This document shows, piece by piece, positions 57,453-64,000 of a stretch of 64,000 bases of DNA (positions are counted from its first letter, which is position 1; each line of letters opens with the position of its first letter). The notes beneath the pieces were generated by a model. It was not told the DNA's origin. It was given only the letters and a program-made list of their open reading frames with translations, and did no database searches. The stretch is from a bacterium (lineage in GTDB: Bacteria > Zhuqueibacterota > Zhuqueibacteria > Residuimicrobiales > Krinioviventaceae). A program made the position numbers and the translations under genes. The stretch spans positions 32,001 to 96,000 of the forward strand of contig CAXXFV010000018.1 in NCBI GenBank assembly GCA_963674595.2, in the 5' to 3' direction.

Positions 57453-57596
57453 TGATCTTCCGGAGGTTCCGACCTCCGGACGCAGAAAAACAAAGGCTGT
57501 GCCTTTGTAAATGAAAACGTTAAACAAAAATCCATGAAACGGAGGGCCGAGCCCTCATGTTATTCCGTCCAGGGGCAGAGAATCCCTGCACGATCA
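57453..57596 (+). repeat. 144-bp element, copy 7 (full length)
   Basis: Near-identical to copies 1 and 5. Confidence 0.92.
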
Positions 57597-57797
57597 CAAT
57601 ATTTAAAAAATTATTAAAAATATTTCCTGTGGAATTTTTGCGTAAAAAATAATATTTTCTAAAAATCGTATCGAAATTTAGAAAATATACTATTCGGAAA
57701 AAATAGAATGAAAAGATTTTTAGCGCTATCCCCTGCCCTGCTCATTATAATTTTATTACCTTGAAATTGCAATAAAAAAATGGACACCTAGTTAAGT

Positions 57798-58619
57798 TTA
57801 AGCTGCTTTATTAAATTTTAAGAATTGTACTGGTGACATATTGCCCAAAAAGGAATGAATTCTTTTTCGGTTGTAAAATATTTCAATATATTCAAATATT
57901 GATTGCTTCGCAATTAATCGTGTTTCATAAGTATGATGATAAATCAGTTCTTTTTTCAAAGTACCAAAAAAGCTTTCAGCCACAGCGTTGTCGTAGCAGT
58001 TTCCTTTTCCGGACATACTTTGGACCATTTGAAAAAGAGCTAACATTTTTCTGAATTCTTTACATGCATATTGAACACCACGGTCCGAATGAAAAATCAA
58101 ATCTGTTGAAGGACGAAAACGATGATATGCATGTTTTAGGGCCGGGATTGTTGTTGAAGAAGCATGCAGGTTGTTACTCATGGCCCAGCCGACAACCTGG
58201 CGATTGTATAAATCAATGATCACTGTCAGGTACAACCATCCTTTGCGAGTCGGGATGTATGTAATATCAGAAACCCAGACTTTATTGGGTTGATTGACTG
58301 TAAAATTCTGTTGTAAAAGATTTGGTGATATTGGCAGTCTGTGATCACTATTTGTGGTTACTTTGAATTTACGTTTTGTTTTTGCACAAATTTTGTTCTT
58401 TCTCATTAAACGAGCAACACGCGGACGGCTGACAATCAAGTTTTCCTTATGTAACTCTTGTGTTATTCTGGGACTGCCATAGCTTCCTCTGGATTCCTTG
58501 TGGATATGTTTGATCCGTTCAAGTATCTTTTTGTTTTCCAGTTCTCGTTGACTCATTGGTCGCTTGCTCCAGGTATAAAACCCGCCCCGGCTGACATTGA
58601 GAACCTGGCACATTTTCAC
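57798..58619 (-). CDS. IS3 transposase OrfB (DDE integrase core), probably fused to OrfA by a -1 frameshift
   Basis: YGSPRI, WVSDITY, HSDRGVQY, S.KGNCYDNAVAESFF..LK.E, YN.KR.HS. Confidence 0.95.
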   Translation of the reverse strand: MKMCQVLNVSRGGFYTWSKRPMSQRELENKKILERIKHIHKESRGSYGSPRITQELHKENLIVSRPRVARLMRKNKICAKTKRKFKVTTNSDHRLPISPNLLQQNFTVNQPNKVWVSDITYIPTRKGWLYLTVIIDLYNRQVVGWAMSNNLHASSTTIPALKHAYHRFRPSTDLIFHSDRGVQYACKEFRKMLALFQMVQSMSGKGNCYDNAVAESFFGTLKKELIYHHTYETRLIAKQSIFEYIEIFYNRKRIHSFLGNMSPVQFLKFNKAA

Positions 58620-58660
58620 TATTGGGAATTCCTGTTGATGCTTTTGGATAAACCCAAACT

Positions 58661-58957
58661 TTAATGGGACGGTTTTGAGAAAATGGCCACAGCTTTTTTT
58701 AATATATCCCGCTCCAGTTTTACGTCTGCAAGTTCTTTACGCAGTTTCTGTATTTCATCACTTTCTTTGCTGTTCCCTAGTCCTGGAAAGGAATGTTCTT
58801 TATCAATTTTGTATTCTCGAACCCACTTGGAGAGAAGGTTAGGCTCAATACCAAGATTTCTGGCAACTTCTGAAGCATTACCATTGCTTTTAGAAAGTAC
58901 AAGCTGAACAGCTTCTATTTTGAATTCTTTTGTGTAACGTCGTCTTCTGTTTGTCAT
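58661..58957 (-). CDS. IS3 transposase OrfA (HTH)
   Basis: RRYTKEFKIEAV, VARNLGI...L..W, ERDILKKA; A7G slippery site at 58693-58700 on minus. Confidence 0.93.
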   Translation of the reverse strand: MTNRRRRYTKEFKIEAVQLVLSKSNGNASEVARNLGIEPNLLSKWVREYKIDKEHSFPGLGNSKESDEIQKLRKELADVKLERDILKKAVAIFSKPSH

Positions 58958-60425
58958 GTGGACACCTCCTTTGGTTTATAATATAAAAAGTGCTTAACTT
59001 TGTGTCCACTAAAATATAGCAAGTTTACCTGCCTGTAACAATAGCAAACAAAATGGAGAGAAAAAAGGCGAAATCCCAAAACCACTCCATCTGACATTGG
59101 AACAAGCGGACCGTCTTGCCGAACTGCCCCTGGCGTGTATGCAAACAGAGTATCCCAACAAATTGGGACAAACACTGGGCGGCAAAAAAGATATCGGCGA
59201 ACCGCATGTATTACATCCGGCATTTTACGGCTGTTATGACTGGCATTCTGCGGTCCACGGGCACTGGTCACTGGTAAAACTATTAAAGGAATTTCCTCAA
59301 TTAGCCAGAGCCGATGAGGTCCGTTTAAAACTGCAGCAAAACATCACAAAACAAAATATTCTGGCAGAGGTGGCTTATTTTGAGGGTAAACACAACAAGT
59401 CATACGAACGGACCTATGGATGGGCGTGGCTGTTAAAGCTGGCTGAGGAATTGTATACCTGGGATGATCCGTTGGCAAAACAGTTGTCACAAAACCTTCA
59501 GCCATTAACAGATTTGGTTGTTCAGAGATATATCGAATTTCTGCCCCGGTTAAAATATCCCATCAGAGTGGGCGAACACACCAATACGGCTTTTGGATTG
59601 TGCTTTGCCTGGGATTATGCCAATACAACACAGCACGAACAACTGAAATCGGCAATAGAATCCAGGGCCCGGGATTTTTACATGGACGATATAAACTGTC
59701 CCCTGGGCTGGGAACCGAGCGGTTATGACTTTTTATCACCCTGTCTTGAAGAGATCGACCTGATGCGCAGAATATTGAATAAAGCCGAGTTTAAAAACTG
59801 GCTTGACGGATTTTACCCCCGGCTTGAGGATAAAAACTTCAAACTGGAACCGGGCCAGGTTTCGGACCGAACAGACGGCAAACTTGTTCATCTGGACGGC
59901 TTAAATTTCAGCCGGGCCTGGGTTTTATATGGTTTGGCTGGCCAATACCAGGAATATAAACACCTGATAAATAGTGCCAACGAACATATAGAATACTCTT
60001 TACCCAACCTGGTAGGTGACAGTTACGAAGGCGGCCACTGGCTGGGCTCATTTGCTATCTATGCTCTCAATAGTTTTTCCGAAAGATAAAATATTATCTG
60101 GTCTACCTGCATGGCAATGAAAAAACAGGATCCTTGTCTACTTGTTTTTCAGCTAATGCGATGTTTTAAATATAAAAGGGGGAAATTATCAAAATTATGC
60201 ATTTTAATACCGGCCCACCGAGGGATGGCAAATAGAATTTGTCAAATTATAGCTTGCGCCAATAGATCATAATTTGTATTATTCCTTTATCAGTTGTCAA
60301 GGTTTGCTTTTCAATGCTTTATTCGTGATACCTTTGGCTGATTTACCACTTTACCAATTACAAGAGAATTATTGTGGGCGGCTTTTATCCAGTCTGATTG
60401 TTGGCAAAATAAAGGAGAGCCAGAA

Positions 60426-62684
60426 ATGAAATCAATAAAGACTCTTTTATTTTTTTTAATGCTTAATTTTATAAATCCCCTTTTAGCAGCAAACCAGATT
60501 GTAACGAACAATAATGATTCAGGAGCAGGATCGCTCAGGCAGGCCATTTCAGATGCCTCCATAGGTGATGAAATCACATTCAATCTCGCTGCAGGCAATG
60601 AAACGATTGTCCTTACTTCTTCTGTATTGTTTATATCAAAATCCTTAACAATTGACGGGTCTAACTCATTGGGCAGTGGTACTCAAATAGCTATTGATGG
60701 TGATGACACTCACCGTGTGCTGGAGATTATCGGAGGTTTAGTATCATTAAAAAACATGACAATCCAGAATGGGTATTCTCCGGATGGAGGCGGTGGAATT
60801 CATAATTCAATCTATGATATGTGGTTGACTATTAACAACTGCCAAATTATAAATAATACCGGGGGACATGATTATACTGGGGGAGGCGGCATATGCAATG
60901 AGGGGATTATCGACATTATTTCGAATACAACTTTTAGCGGCAATTATTCAGGAAAGTATGGGGCCGGTATTTATAATCGCGGAACAATTTTCGGCATATC
61001 ACAATGTACAATAAATGATAATATTTTATCTTCTAAAAACGGTGGCGGTTTGTATAACGACACAGATGGAACGATCTATACTATTGACAACTCGACAATA
61101 AGCGGAAATATGTTTGCCGATTATGGAGGGGGATTATATAATTCCGGTACAATTTCTCAAATCGATTTTTGTACGATTGCCAATAACCAGGCAGATAATG
61201 GAGGTGGAATATATCTGGATGGAGGCAGTGTAACAATTAAAAATTCAATCAGTGCCAATAATGCGGCGACATTCGATGGTGATGATTATTATCGAAACAG
61301 CGGAACACTGACAGATAACGGGTACAACATTGTCGAAAACTCAAATGTGCCCGCTTTCGGAAACGGATTTAATAACATAAATACGATTTTATACAACACA
61401 ATATATAATAACATAACCACCTCCAACACCACCTGGACAAAAGGTGGAACAGCTTTAAGCAATCAAAACCTGTCGCTTTCCGCTACGTTAGCCGATAACG
61501 GCGGTTCGACTCAAACTCTCGCGGTGAACGCCGGCAGTTTTGCCATCGGCAGCGGGTATTATGCCAGCACTATTACCACAGATCAGCGAACTGTGAGCCG
61601 GGTTAGTCCACCCACAATCGGGGCCTATGAAATGAACCAGGCCGTCACCTTCACAGACGGAAGTGCTTATTCGCCCGCTCCGGTTCCCGGTCAAACCAAT
61701 CAGCCTATCGGACGGTTCGCATTGCAGGCCGCCGGTAATGGAAGTGTGTTAACCGGCGCCGACATGACGCTGAATAATACACGAAGCGGTGTAACGAATT
61801 TTAAACTGTGGGCAAGCGCAGACGCTGATTTTAACGCGGGATCAGATACACAACTGGGCTCTACAGTTGCCGCAGATCCCGGCGATGGCAATTCAGTGAG
61901 TTTTTCAGATTTTTCAAGCAGTATCGGAACATCGGCCGGATATTTCTTTCATACATGTGATATTGCTTCGGATGCTGAGGGCAGTATTAAAGGAGTTGTT
62001 GCCGGCAATGCTTCACTAAGTGTTATTGGCGGTGAAATTTCCGGCACACTCAGCAACGAACCACTTTCCAGCGGCGACACCTCATTGCCTGTCAATCTGG
62101 GGCTGTTCACTGCTAGTCAGGAGGGCATATCTGTTATACTCGATTGGACCACAGAAAGTGAAATGAATAACCTGGGTTTTATTTTACATCGGTCTGAAGA
62201 TAAAACTCAATGGCAGAAAATTGCTTCCTATAAAACATGTGCTGAGCTTAAAGGCCAGGGTTATTAATCAACTCGGACAACATATTGTTATATCGACAAA
62301 AAGGTAACTCCTGAAACAGGGTATTACTATCGTATTTCTGATGTGACTGTATCAGGAGAGACCAGGACCTATAACCCGATTTTCATTCAGCTTGATAAAT
62401 TACCGAACGAAACTTTTCTGGGAAAACCATATCCCAACCCCTTCAATCCGCAAACATATATTTCCTATAAATTAAAGAACGAAAGTCTTGTGAATATATC
62501 CGTGTATGATATGCTTGGCAGATTAGTCAAAGTCCTTTATAATGATAATCAGTCGGCAGGATATTATAATGTGTTTTGGAACGGGACAGACGAAAACGGC
62601 CAACAGGCTTGCTCGGGTACCTATATAATCTGTATGCAGACAGATGACAAAAGGCAAATTCAAAAAGTGCTATATCTAAAATAG
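60426..62684 (+). pseudogene. Secreted beta-helix / choice-of-anchor Q protein with FlgD-Ig/T9SS-type tail, interrupted by an in-frame TAA at 62265-62267
   Basis: VTNNNDSGAGSLRQAI, GGG[IL]YN repeats, LADNGG.TQT...DQR...IGAYE, LPVNL..F.A, W.TESE.NN.GF; the frame continues past the TAA (STRTTY.YID...) into YPNPFNP at 62343-62684. Confidence 0.8.
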
Positions 62685-62691
62685 AAAAAAT

Positions 62692-62732
62692 ACCTGTGTA
62701 CGTCAGGAACGGTTTTCCTGACGTACACAGGT
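62692..62732. terminator. Terminator between convergent genes
   Basis: Perfect 18-bp stem ACCTGTGTACGTCAGGAA-CGGTT-TTCCTGACGTACACAGGT. Confidence 0.8.
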
Positions 62733-62750
62733 GTAAACGTTGCGCTTTAA

Positions 62751-63077
62751 TTAAATATCTTTTTCTTCATCATCTTTATGGCTGCGCGGGTTGCAGAAGC
62801 GGTCACGGAATTTCTTTTTCCATTGATCATCATGCGGGTGACCGTTTTTGTGGGGAAACGATTTGAATAAAATATGCGATAACACTAAAAGTCCCCATGC
62901 CTGCCAGAATGTGATGGTTGTAAGACCGAAAATGGCCGGCATAAGCCAGTTCCAGAGCCACATAACGACAACAGCAAACAACAAAGCCATAAGCATGGCC
63001 AATATAACGCCGCCAATCGCCATACCAACTATGGTCCTGACGCGTTTTGCTTTATGTAAATGATCTGTTCTTTCCAT
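62751..63077 (-). CDS. Small membrane protein downstream of an ECF sigma factor
   Basis: VMWLWNWLMPAIFGL..ITFWQA.GLL.LS.ILF. Confidence 0.7.
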   Translation of the reverse strand: MERTDHLHKAKRVRTIVGMAIGGVILAMLMALLFAVVVMWLWNWLMPAIFGLTTITFWQAWGLLVLSHILFKSFPHKNGHPHDDQWKKKFRDRFCNPRSHKDDEEKDI

Positions 63078-63086
63078 GATATACCT

Positions 63087-63635
63087 CTATGTTTCATTAA
63101 ATAGTTTTTTAATTTCCGCCAATTCATTACGAAGAAACTGCACCGCATAACGTTTTCGCGCCAGCAGTGTATTCACCGAATCACCGGTTTCCCGGGCAAG
63201 TTCCTGAAAGGTCCTTCCTTCAATGACCTGCTGAACAAAGACATATTTTTGTTTTTCCGGCAGGGACTCAATACCTTCAATAATGGCGTTATAAACAAGC
63301 TCTCTGTCCGATTCATTCAGGTTATCCGGAATGTCCTCCGTCAGCACGTCCTCAAACCGGATGCCGTTTTCGACCGGTTCGTTGAGAGACACAACAGGCA
63401 GTTTACGCCGCCGATAACGATCGATAATTTTGTTTTTGGCAACTGTGTACAGCCATCCCGTTAAATTATCAATGGAATCAAGTACATTAACATGGCCTAT
63501 CAGTTGAAGATACACGTCCTGCAAGAGGTCTTCAGATTCTTCGAGAGACGAGATTTTTGACCGGATATAGTTCAAAAGTCCTGAATGTTCGGCGCTAAAA
63601 ATCTCTTTGAATTTTTTGGATTGTTGTATTGTCAT
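63087..63635 (-). CDS. ECF RNA polymerase sigma factor
   Basis: EDLLQDVY, WLY.VA.NKIIDRYR, LPE.Q..VF, NTLLARKRYAV. Confidence 0.92.
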   Translation of the reverse strand: MTIQQSKKFKEIFSAEHSGLLNYIRSKISSLEESEDLLQDVYLQLIGHVNVLDSIDNLTGWLYTVAKNKIIDRYRRRKLPVVSLNEPVENGIRFEDVLTEDIPDNLNESDRELVYNAIIEGIESLPEKQKYVFVQQVIEGRTFQELARETGDSVNTLLARKRYAVQFLRNELAEIKKLFNET

Positions 63636-63913
63636 TTCACTATTAATGACGTAAAACGTATAAAATTATTGTATATTTTTTTTAAAATAACAAAGAAATA
63701 TTAAAAAAACAAAAACCACAGGTTAATTCCCGCACCACATCACATTAGTATGAAATAGTATATTTCCCCCAAATTAACCTAATTACCTCTTGCGACAGTT
63801 TATAAGAATTTGTATTATTCACCTTGCAATTACTCTAGTTTGCTTTTCAGGATTATTAAAAATTAAGGGCATACTATTTATAACAGTTGACATCTTAAAT
63901 CCAGGAGCTGACC

Positions 63914-64000
63914 ATGAAATATAAAATACCAGGCATTATTATTTTATTGGTAATTATAATCCAATTTATACCCTATGGCAAAAACCATACAAATCCATCT
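63914..64000 (+). CDS. 5' end of a probable heme-binding domain protein (partial)
   Basis: AGGAG RBS, MKYKIPGIIILLVIIIQFIPYGKNHTNPS; IQF.P....TNP is the typical N-terminus of this family. Confidence 0.55.
   Translation, partial: MKYKIPGIIILLVIIIQFIPYGKNHTNPS

Larger units (their letters stand above)
57762..59027 (-). mobile_element. IS3 family insertion sequence, ~1.27 kb
   Basis: 35-bp imperfect IRs (TGAAATTGC...TGGACAC..AGTTAAG and TAAACTTGC...TGGACAC..AGTTAAG); CCT direct repeats at 57759-57761 and 59028-59030. Confidence 0.95.
57708..60089 (+). pseudogene. DUF2891 family lipoprotein interrupted by IS3 (57708-57761 + 59031-60089)
   Basis: Removing the IS and one CCT gives in-frame MKRFLALSPALLIIILLP-ACNNSK...; HPAFYGCYDWHSAVHGHW, YERTYGWAWLL, HLDGLNFSRAW, HWLGSFA. 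Confidence 0.88.

Noticed and set aside
48108-57596. CRISPR array or canonical integron interpretation of the repeats
   Set aside because: Units are ~144 bp separated by 0.7-2.4 kb of genes, and no cas or intI gene is present. The internal GATAAC/GTTAAAC are adjacent rather than at the ends of a long stem, so the unit is not an attC.
17518-62267. Stop-codon reassignment to explain the in-frame TAG and TAA
   Set aside because: TAG, TAA and TGA all terminate conserved genes at the expected positions elsewhere (e.g. porin TAG, pyrD TAG, purU TAA).
1-64000. Numerous 60-130 aa ORFs nested in or antisense to long genes; rRNA/tRNA genes
   Set aside because: The short ORFs overlap well-supported CDSs and lack motifs or RBS. 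No rRNA or tRNA signature was seen.

Overview
A bacterial chromosomal window, AT-rich. Secreted proteins with YPNPFNP FlgD-Ig/T9SS-type tails, a DcaP-type porin, a FISUMP domain and D-S/T-x rich lipoproteins suggest an FCB-group lineage such as KSB1 or Calditrichota (inference). The first ~43.5 kb is mostly housekeeping and metabolic: an ActP-type symporter plus porin, purU, trmB, cobB, pyrK/pyrD, cdsA, metH with rubredoxin, GH78, GH37 and ybaK. It also holds a ~10.5 kb minus-strand operon, probably sigma54-controlled, with two matching 25-bp palindromes upstream. That operon encodes a PLP enzyme, DUF1611, a PP-loop/Zn-creatininase fusion, an enolase-family epimerase, an SLC12-like transporter and TerC. 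From ~43.5 to 57.7 kb lies an accessory zone of co-oriented genes. In its 48.1-57.6 kb part, seven same-orientation full, partial or variant copies of a ~144-bp multi-hairpin element (ends TGATCGTCC...GGACGATCA, with compensatory stem changes) separate unrelated cargo genes. No integrase or HUH transposase is present in the window. One cargo, a GxxExxY nuclease gene, has its own flanking 9-nt-period hairpin repeats. An IS3 element with a 3-bp CCT target duplication splits a DUF2891 lipoprotein at its signal peptide. cobB and metH carry frameshifts and a choice-of-anchor Q protein has an in-frame TAA; these could be real lesions or assembly errors. No rRNA, tRNA or CRISPR array was seen. All family calls are from motif recognition, not database searches.
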